A stretch of DNA of 64,000 nt. Origin: Tubulanus polymorphus (lineage: Eukaryota; Animalia; Nemertea). Each line of letters begins with the position of its first letter. Position 1 is the first letter of the stretch. Of the stretch, positions 41,512 to 54,870 are shown one piece after another. The DNA is taken from assembly GCF_964204645.1 (NCBI RefSeq), contig NC_134026.1:29670150-29734149 (forward strand). Direction: 5' to 3'. The notes below the pieces were generated by a model that saw only the letters and a program-made list of their open reading frames with translations, was not told where the DNA came from and ran no database searches. A program made the translations under genes and the position numbers.

Positions 41512-42230
41512 TTAATTTCTTCTTGGTCTTTTATTTCTCATAAATGTATAATTACCATCAAAGGCCCCTTCAACATCGCGGAGCAATTGCACAGGATCTT
41601 TCATGCGGATGTTTCGAGACCAACCAGGGCCGCGTGCAACCAGCTCTACAGCGGGGGCGGGTGGTACCCCCGCTGGAGCGCCCGATGTTCCAGCCTGGGC
41701 GGGCATATTATTATCGTCATTATTATTACTTCTTTTTCTTTTTCTTTTTGGTTGCACGCACACAGGTGGTTGTGGTGGTGGTGGGGGCCCTGGTTGTGGA
41801 GCTCCAGGAGCCGCTGAGGACTCCTCATCACTGGACTCCTCAAAATTTGGTTGTGGTGGAGGAGCCGCACGTTTTGGTGTTCTTTTTTGTTTAGGCCGCC
41901 CCGAACCTTCCGTATAATTAACATTTTTTCTATTCTTGCGGGGCGACCTGCGCAGTGCAGGAGTCTGGTCCTGTGGCGCCTCTGTCGGGGCAACCACGGC
42001 AGGGGCGACCTCCTGCTTCACGATAACAGGTGGCACGACCTCCGTATCCGAAGATACGGTGACCGCAACCACCTGCACCGCAGAAGCAGGGTCCACCACC
42101 TGCGGGGGAGCCAACGGTGTTGGTGGATTTGGCTCCCCGTGCTTATGAGACGATAAACGCTCCACGCACCTTTTTAGTCTCCTTTGAAGAAGGGAAGCCG
42201 CCTCATAAGCGTGGCCAGACTCATCTTTTC
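41512..42230 (-). CDS. Orphan GC-rich Pro/Ala-rich basic ORF or terminal exon
   Basis: Frame open for >217 codons, extends to a CAG acceptor-like site near 42231; NLS-like RRSPRK, PKRKRKR, RNKRPRR; GC content well above surroundings. Confidence 0.45.
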
Positions 42231-42897
42231 TGTTGACAACATCAATAACAATTGATTCAGCTGAAATGAAAAGAAAAACTATTAAGGATCACAAATATTA
42301 CACATTAATACCACGTAGACTTGCAAATGTGACTGCAAATATGCAATTAATTGCCAGTTTATCTGATTCATTTCTAAATCAAGAGTTTGAAGGCAATTTC
42401 AGTTTTGTCATAGTATGTGTTGATACATCAATAATGGTGTTGGTATTAGCTTTAGGAATGCATACCAATAACTGGAATTATGGTACAGTTCAGGTTTCAC
42501 AACTACATAAATTTGTTTTGGAATAACTCATATCACAATTTAACAGAAAACCAGAGAAAGCTCATAACAGCTCATTATGATCCAGCCTTACATCGTTCTT
42601 TAGTAGATTGTTGCTGAAAAGCTTTCAAATGTATCTTCTTCATTCCTCATAATTATCAAATTTGATATTATCGTTAATTCATTTTCATAACATTTATAAC
42701 GCCCATTGCTATCAATACAGTTTGGGTATAACTGCAGATGCCTCTGGGGTAGAAACAAGTATAAACCAAATATCAAGAAAATCCATTATGCATTTCCTCA
42801 ATCTGTTCTTAATATCTTTTAAGAAAATGCTCAGTAACAAATAATCAAGACAAAATAATTACTTTAATTTGTTCATATTCTATTATCTTAACTATAA

Positions 42898-43627
42898 GGC
42901 GCATTCACACGACGAAATTTAGACCGGTCTTAATTTGATCCGGTCCAATTTAGACCGGACCAAGCGTTAACACGAGCAAAAATACTGTTCCAAATTAGAC
43001 CGGTCTAGTTTAGACCGGTCTAATTTGGCATGGTGTAAAAGAGCGAACCAGGTCCGGACCAAATTTTGGACCAGTCTAAATAAGAGTGTGTGGACAGAAA
43101 CTGGTACTAGGTCCGGTCTAAATCGTGATTCTGAATCTCTGCGATAGATGTCGCGACCTCTGCGGTAGAGTGTGAGTCCAGTTTATTAAGTTTTAAATGC
43201 TTTTATGACCGTTTATGTAATTATTTTTAAGTACTGTTTTTCCTCCCTATTCTATGGAAACGTTTGGAGCTTATTCGTATTCGCGATCATCATCCATTTT
43301 ACTGCCGTGCTTTGAATCGTGTTTAAATGATACTTAGAATTTCAGCGTGATAGAACAAAATCGAATTCGCAAAAATGTCTAAACCTGACAAGAGGATCGA
43401 ATTGGTCAAATGAAGAATGTCTTGCTCTACTTCGAATCTGGAAGCAAGACTTCATCCAGACGCAATTAATTATTTAGCAGATGGCGACATCTTGTGGGCC
43501 CGGTGACAAGCGATTTTGTCACCGCGTGTCAAAACACCGTGTGAACGCTAACCAAAATTAGGTCGGGTCTAAGGACCAGGTACGGACCCATTTAGACCGG
43601 TCTAACTAGTTGTCTTGTGAACGCGAC
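42898..43627 (+). mobile_element. Non-autonomous Harbinger-derived element with Myb/SANT (trihelix) remnant
   Basis: Ends GGCGCATTCACACGAC..TTAGACCGGTCT / AGACCGGTCTAA..GTCTTGTGAACGCGAC; subterminal TAGACCGGTCTA repeats; 43400-43470 reads NWSNEECLALLRIWKQDFIQTQL. Confidence 0.75.
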
Positions 43628-45535
43628 AATAGACAGTACATGGTAAATCATATTCAATTTTCACATATTTCAAAGTTTTTTTACATTTTATTCATGGTAG
43701 AAAAACAATGCAAAGAATTTGATTCAAATTTCATCAGAAATCGAAGGACAGATATAGTCGCAATTTTACTGGATTTTTTGTTTTAATCGAAGTACATAAT
43801 TGGAAAGCTTTGGTTCCAAATCGTCTGAACAATCATTCAACCAGCCTGAACTGACTGTTCTTAACCAAAACATCACATTTCTCGACGTGATTATCATTTA
43901 AGTTACCAAACGGGATATGCAATACATCAGTTCTCGAGGATATTACAAATATAACGTTTCACCATTGGCAAAACCTATCTATATATCATGCGCCGGCCAT
44001 GTTATCAAACCAATTCACTGCTGGCTACATCCAATTCTACAAATAAAACAATTTGTATTGATTTAATCAATAATAAATGACATCTGGAATTAGGCCTATT
44101 TTTTGACGCCGTAAAAACCGTTATATGATAATGTTTTTATCCATTGTTAACTACAACGCTTTATCTGTGTCAACATTCCTGTTTCTAAATAACAATTAAT
44201 TTTCAGCATTTATTCTATCGCTAGATATATCTATCTTGTACATATATCTTATACATCTATTTTGTATTTTGAAAATTGAATTATATTTTCGATAAATTTT
44301 TCATTGAACTACATCAATAATAATGGAGCTTGCCTGCCCGGGCAAACCTCCGTTTTCGAAGGTGACAAATTGAAACCGAATGACAGTCAGAACTACAGTC
44401 CGGAAACGGTCAAACGCGGGATTGAGCACGGTTGCTGTAGTTCGCACCTAGTTTCAAGATGGCCGACACTGAAATATGTAAGGACCGAACTATAGTGCCT
44501 TTGGTTATTAGCTCCGACCTTTAATTGACTAACGATAAAAACCAGGTTCGCCCTGGTTAGACAGATTGCAACTCAATTCACTGTTGATTTATTCACATTC
44601 AAAATAACCAAGATCTGAAACCATGAGCCCTGGATTGATGAAGGATCAGCGACTGGGTCACTTCACCTCAATGAAGGCCTATTTCACATAAATTCAAGAC
44701 TTATTCAAATGAGCCACTTACCCCTTGAATATCGAATCCTTCAGACACAGCTTATTTAAGAATTCAAAGGTTTTTGAGTTGTGGCGATAAACACAAAAAC
44801 TTCACACAGACGCAGCACAGGTAAAACTTTATCTCCGACGACTTCATCAAGAGGATATGGTACTAGTGGTTCTGATGAAGTTCTGGAGTTGTATTAAACA
44901 ATGTTCAGCTCATATTTGACATAATCTAAGACAATATTCTGACAAAACGCTACGTTTGAATACATTTTAATGTTTGAATACATCTTTATGTGTATTCCTC
45001 TGAAACGGATTTTAACCATTTACAAAAAGCGATTTGTCTTGAAATCAAACACCAAAATTCATTTTCACTTAAACCCGATTTTAACTATTCACATAAAATG
45101 CTTATCATATGAAAAAAGTACAAAATAAGTTTAGGCCTCATTGAAACCTCACCAAATCTTCAAATACTGGACAGTCATTAGTTACAACTTTGCAGTTGAG
45201 AGCAATAAAAAATATACCGAGACCAACGCGAATCGAAAAATTGCTTATATTTCATAATTTTCAGCTCTTCTTATGGGAGTATCGATACTAAAAAATACTA
45301 ATTCAACTTGATGAGATGCTGTTCAATTCAAGGAAAATAATATCACAACATGATAATTCATTTACCATTTTGATTTACATGTATAAGAATTGTACAATGG
45401 TGATACAAATAAACAATTCAAGATGGAGGGACGCATCAAGAAACCTGTTAAGGTTTATGAAAGTAGTTGATGATATTTACATCAATACAAGCAGCCTATC
45501 GGCTGATACAGCTCCGCTGTTTTATGATAAGACTT

Positions 45536-45890
45536 AACAAGGACCACCTACACAGCACTCTCAAGAGTTCAAATCCAGAAAACGGCTCTATTACTTTTTA
45601 GCACTTGGCCCATAGTATCTACATACCAAGTTTCGTCAACATCGGACAATAATTGTAGGACAAGTAGCGATTTAAAGATTTTACAAGCGCCACCCGTACA
45701 GTGTCCCCTAGAGATCAAATTGGGAAAATGGCTATGTAACTTTTTAGCCCATGGCCCGTCGTATCTACATACCAAGTTTCGTCAAGATCAGAAAAGAACT
45801 GTAGCACTAGTAGCAAATTGAAGCAAAAGTTGACGGATGGACAGACCGACGGACGGACGGATAGACGACGACGGATAATCCCCCTAACCC
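45536..45890 (+). mobile_element. Helentron/HINE-like interspersed repeat
   Basis: AACAAG start, internal duplicated GTATCTACATACCAAGTTTCGTCAA, (GACG)n tract near the 3' end. Confidence 0.5.
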
Positions 45891-46399
45891 ATCAAAACCC
45901 ATAAAAACTCATTGGAAAACGGGTTTCATTGAATATCCCTTCCCCAAATATACCAATTTCAAATTTCAATGTAATACCGCTAGCATCAGGCTTAAAAATG
46001 ATTTTTGCGGCATAAATACCCACAAGAAAGCCATTTTGTTTCTGATCAAAAAATGTTTTTGAGATGATAAAATAAAGGGTATCATAAATGTATAACCAAA
46101 ATTCAAGACGAGAAAAAATATGCAAAATGTACTTATTTTGACCGAGAAACAACAAAGGCTGCCAGTCAGTTATCTTAATTCTGATAAGGGCCAATACTTT
46201 AGATTCGTTCACTGAATATTGAATTTCAACCAAAAAAATTATTCTGACAATTCTGATTTCTCAATGTATCATTTTATTTAAAATGTTTTCTATTTCATCA
46301 TTTTATTGAAGTATTCACAGAAACCAAAACCAATAGAAACCGAACAATCAACAATCAGCAGTTTGTAGAATAACCAGACAGCTACAGTTAACAATAATA

Positions 46400-46642
46400 A
46401 GTACTGGGTGTAGATGGTATCACTGGTACTGGCTTGATGCACTGGTAACACTGGTACTGGGATAATGTACTGGTATCACTGGTACTGGGATGATGCACTG
46501 GTATCACTGGTACTGGGATGATGTACTGGTATCACTGGCACTGGGATGATGCACTGGTATGACTGGTACTGAAATGATGTACTGGTATCACTGGTACTGG
46601 GTGCTGGCTTGATATGCTGGTATCACTGGTACTGGGATGATT
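46400..46642. repeat. 28-bp minisatellite
   Basis: ACTGGTATCACTGGTACTGGGATGATGC about 8 times. Confidence 0.9.
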
Positions 46643-48439
46643 ATACACTGCAACTGGGTTGGTGTGGGTTGATAGTACTTAATCTGTAGTAATGAAGAAG
46701 GCGGCCAATCTCACTACTGGATAGCCTAGTATCAGGTGCTGAACTCAGAAGCGGTGCTGCGACGTTGCATAACCAATTCATAGCCGGCTTCAATTCAACA
46801 AATTCATTCTAAATATAATAAACACATTTTCATCTACGTCGTCATAAAAAAACCAATATAAATCATTAAATAATGAATAAATGAGGGATCGATTACACTT
46901 ACATTTAGTACATTGTTATTGTAAGTTGCGCAATTATTCAAACTTTCTCCCACAACCAGGTGACTTCATATAAATCAATCAAATCCATTTACTACAAAAT
47001 ATCAAATACATTTTCATTCAATCATAAAACAAAACATCATTAAACAGTGAATAATGAATAATAATTAGAATCTAGGCCTATTTCACATATACCGATATAT
47101 TCAAATAAATATTCGAGATATTTCAAATAAATCACTACTTACCCCTCGAATATTGAATCCATCACCGGAATAATTCACTGACACTGTCAATATAATGACA
47201 GCTACTTCCCCGCAGGAAAAAACGCTCATAGGCTGGAAAAACACTAGGCTGGGGTTGCTAGGCTTATGAATGGACAAATATTTGGGTCCCGTACCTACCG
47301 TAGCTTTTTAGGCCTAATTGAAAATAATTCTTTCAACAAAATAGAAACCTTTTCTAACTTGCAATATGAGTTTCAAATTCAAGAAATCAAACATTTCGGC
47401 CTGACTCGCAACGATGAGTTTCAAATTCAAACTTCACATAGGAGGCCTTTTTAATAGTTATTTGTATGTAGGCCGTGTGGGTGGTGCATATGCCAGAGCC
47501 AGCCCCAGCGCCAGCGCCCAGGCCCTGATACGGTCTGGACCGGGCGGAGGGAGGACTCGCCCACCACCCGTGGCGTCCCAGCTAACGATGTCAATGACGA
47601 CTGAGGCCTATTATCAATTAAACAGTTTCAAACTGTTTATTTGCTGTTTTCTGAAAGGAATTAAACAGCATCAATGATACATGCTTGGAGCGCATGATGG
47701 AAATTCTTTACGAACGGCACGTCAAATTTGGACCCGGAAATAGGTTTTTACATCATTATAATAAATCCCATCCATCAGAGTCACATTCTATTAAATTCAA
47801 TTCAATTTTGTTCCGTGAATATTTGTGTCGAGAGACGGAAAGGAAATTCTATGTCGAGACATCAAGGATAGTTTTATCGTTATTACTGCAGTTAATTTAC
47901 TGTTTCAATGCAGATATAGAAATAATTGTCTTTCCTTATTGAATGTTTCTAAATTTTTTTACTTTTCAATAAATTGAGAATCTACCTAGAATGAAATATT
48001 TAAGATCAGTAAAATTGAAAAAAATTGAAATATTGAGATATTGAAACGTCGATATTTTTGTGATCACTTTTGAGATTAAGAGTTGAAATAATTAAACTTT
48101 CAAAGTGACTGAGGTATTCAAATGAATAAGAAAATATCTGAATAGAATTGGATAAGTGTTTAGCAGTTTAGATATTCTAGTTTCTAGATTTCGGATTCGA
48201 GAACTATTTAAATTAAATTTCAGAGATTCGTGCTAGATATGTTGTGGATTTGAGATAACCAAGATAAGTAATTGAGATATTTGAGGCATACTAATTGAGA
48301 TAAGGTAATGAGTAAAAACTTACTTAAATTGAGGAACAGGTCGAGTGCCCCGCCATTTTTCAGCACCTCGACCTGTACGGATTTCAGCACGTCGAATAAA
48401 AAGTTACATGACATGATTGTTGTAGTTTTTGTAGTTAGT

Positions 48440-48700
48440 TGTCGACGTTGTTGTAGGTTCCGTAGAAGGTTCTCACGGTTGTCGAAGGTTCTGTTGTAGA
48501 AGGTTCTAACGGTTGTCGAAGGTTCTCACGGTTGTCGAAGGTTCTCACGGTTGTCGAAGGTTCTCACGGTTGTCGAAGGTTCTGTTGTCGAAGGTTCTGT
48601 TGTAGAAGGTTATGTTGTAGAAGGTTATGTTGTAGAAGGTTCTTTTGTAGACTGTTCTTCTTGTTGTAGGTTCTCTGATTGCTGCTGCTGCTGCTGCTGC
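48440..48700 (-). repeat. 15/19-bp repeat reading as a decayed EPSTT mucin-like exon
   Basis: Minus strand EEQSTKEPSTT*PSTT*PSTTEPSTTEPSTT, preceded by (CAG)n and an acceptor-like TTGCAG. Confidence 0.6.
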
Positions 48701-49070
48701 AATATTGATAAAAGAATAATTAATACCAAGATATTAAATCAATCAAGAAACATTTCATCGACAGAAAAAATAAAATGGACGCAGTTTAGCATACCGGAAA
48801 ATGGCCGAACTGGAAAGAGTGACCCCGTGACCGGGCCTTATATACCGACACCGGTGTGACGTCATATTACACAATACTGACCAATGACAAGTAACTTGAC
48901 ATTCCCGCCGAGAAGTCAAAGAATGAAATTATTGCCACCGAAATGCCATTAGATTCGAATCCTGCAAACGGAACGATAGTTGATTTTCTATTAAGGGGTG
49001 CCTTCACGTTGGAAAGCGCCGATGCCCGGCCCACACCAGTCTACTTAGTTTTGTGGCCAATTTAACATAC

Positions 49071-49275
49071 CGTAAATCGGGGTGACTTGAGACGCTTATT
49101 TGTGATTTTTTCAAATGCAGCTCGAGGACCTACCAACAATCTACCCAAATGATGATTATTTGGACAACAATTGGTCCCTCTTCAGTTCTAGGCATGATGA
49201 AAAAAATGTGTCTAATGATTTTCTAATTTTTCTTATTCAGAAACAACTGTCTCATATCACCCCAAGGTTAGGGTC
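49071..49275. mobile_element. Degenerate pogo/Tc1-like MITE
   Basis: TA|CCGTAAATCGGGGTGACTTGAGAC ... GTCTCATATCACCCC inverted match. Confidence 0.45.
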
Positions 49276-51578
49276 TTGAAAATTTGCTGTAAATAAAAGT
49301 TTGATTTTACGCCGATAATTTGATTCTGTTTGTTCACCAGTTGTTTCACCAGACTTTAAGCAGCTTATACAACTGTGGACAATTGGATTCAAAACTCAGT
49401 AGAACTGGATCCAGAACTGTAGAACTGAACCGCTGACTACGTATTATTAGAAATTAAATAAAGCCAGAAAATTTGAAGGAAATTTCGTTCTAGGAGACGA
49501 CGCCTTTACTCAAGCTGGTCAGTTAGGGATCGAGTTCAACTAATACACCTTTAACCTGTGGAAACAGTAGGATATTATGTACAGCCTTGCACCGATAATC
49601 AAGTCTTTTTACTCTGGATCATTTAACCAATCCGTGAAATTGATTGTCCGAGAACTATTTCCTAAAAAAATGTTGAAAGTCTCTTTTACTCTCCCAAGAC
49701 CGACTGAGGTGCATGGACTGTATATATGGTGACTTGAAGTTACCACAGGCAGCCGTTATCAATATAACTTTTTGAATTCATCGTGGGAAAAAACCAAACT
49801 TTTTGAATTCTGGATCTTAGGTAGAGAGTCTATAGATAATTCAAGATCCATAGCGTATTTGCTAAGGTCCCAATTTTGTTGAAAATAACCCCTCTTCCCT
49901 AAAACATCACGCTGGCCATGCTTAACAATGCAGGCCCAACTTAAAAGAATAGCCTCTTAGAAAGAGTTGCCTTGTCAAAATACTCAATTTTGGAATAAGT
50001 CGAAATCATTTTTCAATGGCCTAATTCCAAAATATTCAGTATTATTGGAAATGTCCATCTATCGTATATCGCTATTCTATGGTTATTTGCATTGATTGAC
50101 CAATTTATTCGAAGACTAATGTTTCAGTCCACTGGAAATACACTGCCAAATTTTCCTTGAGATCTGAGAGTAGGGCATAGGCTAATATTTTCATTAGATA
50201 GAATAGGTTTGCGGATTTTTACTTCATCATATTTAGAAATATTCTGGGAAGGATTAGCCATGCAGTATCTGCTGATGCTGTACTATATACACATCATCGC
50301 TCCGTCATGCCGAGTTATACATTTCACATCAACCAGTATCTACATGCAGCTGTTCAGTGTGTACACACTATATCTGAATACGAGGCTGGAATAACATGCT
50401 CACTTCACGTAGGTTAGTTTTTGGGCAAGTTAAGTTGTACCATAAAACTGAGAAATTCTCTATCAACATGGTACATTCTTCGGGAATCCCGTAACACTAA
50501 ATCAACAAAATGGAATTACAATGACTAAATCGCGGACATTGGACTCTGGAAATTGAGTCTCGCATCGCCGGCTCGTTTCACTGAGTCGAGCCGGTCCTTG
50601 GAAGGTAAAAGAGGTGGCTGCCGCCCAGGACAGCCTTAGCCCTGCCTTTTCCTTTTCCATTTCCTGCCCATTGCCAAAACAAATCATTTATTATTCACTT
50701 ATTTTAGAAATAAATTACAACAATTTGTTCGTTGTAAAATAGGACTGGAGTTACAGAGGCGAAGGCATCGTGCGGCGTATGTTCTGAGGAAAAAGGAATT
50801 TTAGAATAAAATGTAGTAGTTTATTAATAAAGAAACAAGTTGAAAATATAACTGCGATAAATACAGGTACTTCTTTGGAAATAAAACACACAATATGCTA
50901 CGAATATGACAGCTTGAACTGGATTCCCTAAAAGGGATTATAAATTGATAAGTAAATAATGGCGTTTCATCTTCGATTAGAAAATATTCAAACTTTTACT
51001 TTATTCTATTGTCTGACTAATTTGATTCCAAAGTTTAAGACCCTCTGCTCTTCAAGCTTAAGTGTAGCCTGTTCATCAAAATTCGCCATTATGGTTTCAT
51101 TTATAAACCCATATGCCAGAACAAAAAGTTTAGGACCCTTTGAGATTTTTTTACGTTAGTAGGCCTACAGTTGTATTTCTATTAACGACAAAATGGAGAT
51201 AATTCCTCGATGATGATTATGAATTGATGCATTTAACTCAAAAAGATCAGCGAACGTGCGAGGTAGAAGGTTGTGTGAATGACAATGATACAGCTACCCG
51301 AGACAAATTATCAATGCCGAGAGCCAACGGGTTGAAAGGACATGTCTAATAACAAGATTAATAGAATCTAAAACCAGTGATTGAAGAAATTCAATAAATT
51401 TGTGTTTATTTATAGTTGTCCAGTTCGTCCCGACAATCAATTCCACCATGGACATCTTTTTCCTTTAGATACTTGAACATAATTATTACACAGACAGAAA
51501 AGTTTAAGTGAAGTTAATGTTTTCAGCTTTTTTAAAATTTAAACACAGGGAATCTATTCCTAAATGGTTTATATATTA

Positions 51579-51746
51579 CAGTCAACCCCCGATTTACCGC
51601 CCACATCGGTGCAGAACGATTTTGGCGGTATAGAGAGTATGGTGGTATATCAGGGGTGTTTTACTATGTATTTGTATAGAGGTGTATATTGAGAAAACCT
51701 GGCGGGGTGGCGGTATATGGGAAGGCGGTATATCGGGGGTTGACTA
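51579..51746. mobile_element. Tc1/mariner-type MITE
   Basis: TA|CAGTCAACCCCCGATTTACCGCC ... GGCGGTATATCGGGGGTTGACTA. Confidence 0.75.
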
Positions 51747-51850
51747 TCTGGAAGACAATTCAATATATTATATATATACACTGTACGCATGTATGTTGTA
51801 TCATTAGATGATGAAACTGAAGACTTCGGCCACTTTATCAGAAACCAATG

Positions 51851-52018
51851 TGGGATCATTCATTTATTATGTACGCATAAATTTTGAATTTTTCAACCCC
51901 CATCCCCCTCTGTACGCAAAATCGGCCATTTTTTTTCATATACATTATGCATTACAGTACGCAATTGCACTGACCCCTCCCCCTCCCCTAATGCGTACGT
52001 AATAAATGATTGACCCCC
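51851..52018. mobile_element. Harbinger-type MITE
   Basis: GGGATCATTCATTTATTATGTACGCAT ... ATGCGTACGTAATAAATGATTGACCCC inverted repeats. Confidence 0.7.
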
Positions 52019-52312
52019 ATACACTTTAGTCTATCAGTGATTTTACCATACATAAAACAACCTACTTGAATTCAATGAAGAAATTAATAATGAATATGAT
52101 ACATGAAAGAAAGCTAATACACAAAGCATGATAATCAATATTTAAAATATGTTGGACATGTATTTGCTATTGTAGTAACAAGTATTTTTTATTTTTCATA
52201 TTGCTGATATTAAGCAGAAAAAAGTGATCACATATTAACAACATATCACAAAAGATTCAAAGACAGACACAGAAACTGCCATTTCTCTGATTGAATGAAT
52301 TCATTTGCACTT

Positions 52313-54870
52313 TTAGGAACGATAGATTTTAATGACGTCTTTGACGGGTTGGCGACAAATAGGACATAGTGGATTACGTTGTTTTCTGAGGGTCCCCGCG
52401 CAACTAGAACATATACACATGTGTCCACATGCGTATAGCACAGTGTCTGTTATATTCTCATAACAAATAACACATTCTTTACTATCTTTATCACCATTTG
52501 ATCCTGAATCAGAAACTGTTCCTGCTTGTCCAGAAATGGAAGGAGTTGGTTGAGACATCTGTCCGGGTGATCTTTGAGTCTCTCCGCACACGCCTGAAAC
52601 GGCAGAACATTGTATTCAAACTCATGATTCGATGTTTAAATCATTGAAATACGCACACGGAACAAGAATTATTACCTAATGATTTAACTTTAGTTATGTT
52701 TCCATATAAATCAAAGAAAGCCCACAAAGGTAAAGTGGTATCAACGTGCATTAAACAGTTCAAGTCCTTATCATTTCTTCCATAATAAACTTCACCTAGA
52801 ATATAAATAAACCCATGTATACAACGTACTGGCAATTGAGATCAAGTGTAAATAACAGTGTTCTCCATAACAGGTTTTAAAGGGTAGCCATCCCCTTCAT
52901 TTTTAAATGCACTCCTCTGAGAATCAGCCAACCCTTAAATAATATCTTCTGCCCCTACCAGAGTGGATGTCAATATTCTATCAATGCTGCTAATTGCTTT
53001 GAAATATATTGAGCTAACGTGAAAAAAAAGAAGATTACGCCAAAATCAACTTTAAATTTTCTGCATGTTTTGGGGGATCTAAAGCCTTGCTCTTCAGCAG
53101 CCACAATGTCATGATATGTAGCTACTTAACAATTCCATTGTAGCTTTTAAAAGTTATTTAGTAACGTACCAGTATCCGCGACTTTAATGGTTAATTCATC
53201 TCCTAATTCCGGATTCACGCACAGGTTTTTATTGACGACCCAATATTCACGTCTATCAAGTAATAAATCGGCATCATCGGGCAACGAATCGGAATCTATC
53301 GATGCCGGATTACACGACGTCAGACCGAACGCTAAACCACCAACGAACGAACGATCGATTCCTTGAATCTGAATCACCATCTTTTCTCCCCATCGAATCG
53401 GACGAGCGGTGAATCCGTACGCGTTGCAGTACTCCTCCGGTTTTCGGGTCGCGTACCGTTTATCGTCGGAAATCTGAATATTTCTACCATGGAAATCATT
53501 GAACAGTAGACTGCCGGTGATCGTGTGATATCTGACCGGTAGATTCGGATTACTAACACGCTCTGTTGATTTCGGTCGAACGTTATTCGGTGTCGACAGC
53601 GGTAGGGTGGGACCTATTCCGATATCAGTATTGATCACTTGTGGTCCATCTGAAAATCAAAACAGTTATAATCAACACGGAATCATTCTAAATTTTAAAG
53701 CTGTAAAATGCCAATTATAAAGCCTAAAATGTATCCAATTTCATGACCATCATTAGGGAAAAAAATTATAATTCGTTTCTCGTAACCAGCTGCAGGTCAT
53801 TTTGTTTAAAATGCATTAAAATTTGTAATCAGTTGATTTCTTAAGCTGCCAGGTCTGTAATAGTTAGCTCGGTCATGGCTTATAATATACAGGGTCGATA
53901 GGTGGCTTGTCGGGACAACTTTTAAACAGTAGAAATGAGAAACAAGGTATCAATTAATTTAAGCCTTGTGAACACATTTTTCCAAACACCTATTATATAT
54001 TACTTTTTCCTAAGCAATTAGACTAGGTTAAAACCAAGTGGTAATAAATAGCCTCACAACTTCTCTTGTAGCGCCCATTTTTTCAAAATCAATGTCATGA
54101 AAGTTACAGTCATGAAATTTGCTAGAGCTCAATCTCCGCTCAAGGAGAGCTGGCTATATGAACTCACCACAGAATTCCACAGCTATCGTATTACCATACA
54201 CATCTACGAGTGGCCAGACCGTTAAATTTGAATTTACACCAGAAAAAAACACTCCTTTCTCTTCACCATTTACTCCGTACATAACATCACCATTTCTTTG
54301 AATATAGAAAAATACGACGTTTCCAACTTCGGCGAATCTTTCACCGAGAGCCTTGCACCAGTATCCGCTCTTACTAGTCAGATCAGGACAAGCGTAACGC
54401 GGCAGAGTACGGCTATTTATAGATTGTGGGTCGTGTGACGTATATCCGAATCTTAAAACTCCGCTCCAACTGGTCGATATATCGGCAAAACGAACGTAGA
54501 TTTTTTCACCCGGTTGAACTGGCCGGCTGCCGAAACAAATTCCTTTACAAAAACTGTCAATTCGACGCGCCCGTTTTCTCGTACCTTCAACTGCTATGTT
54601 ATCGCTGTGGTTATCGTGAAAATACATCGCAGCCTGTGGTCCTGTGTTTTGCATTATATCTCCTACAAATCCAATAAACAAAAGGTCAATAAATGAAGAC
54701 GCATATGTTTTTGTTATATTCCAAAAATGCCAGGCAGCAGTTCGCCAGTTTTGTGATAAAACGAAACTGCTTTACTGGGGGCTGGATTTTTAACGATTTA
54801 TTTGCAAATTAGACATGATTAAACTGAATATTGAAACTATACCTCTAGCGCTCTGATGAGCATTCCCCAT
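52313..54870 (-). CDS. neur: E3 ubiquitin ligase neuralized (two NHR domains + C-terminal RING)
   Basis: MGNAHQS first exon; FHDNHSDNI..SFCKGICFGSRP..LPRYACPDLT..YWCKAL; second NHR FHGRNIQIS..LPDDADLLLDRREYWVV; RING CVICYE..CGHMCIC..CPICR. Confidence 0.93.
53755..53966. mobile_element. Diverged third copy of the 14818-15036 MITE family
   Basis: GTTTCTC...GGTCATTTTGTTTAAAATG...GAGAAACAAGGTATCAATT..GCCTT. Confidence 0.55.

Noticed and set aside
41544-42156. Several overlapping plus-strand ORFs
   Set aside because: Shadow frames of the GC-rich minus-strand ORF
49400-49950. LINE endonuclease remnant on the minus strand (GNFKSPYI resembling GDFN.P.I)
   Set aside because: Too degraded to support as a feature without a search
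50438-50443. ATG|gtac as a distant first coding exon of GTF2F1
   Set aside because: A better in-phase first exon (MSSSQAH, gtaagt donor) exists at 16811-16791
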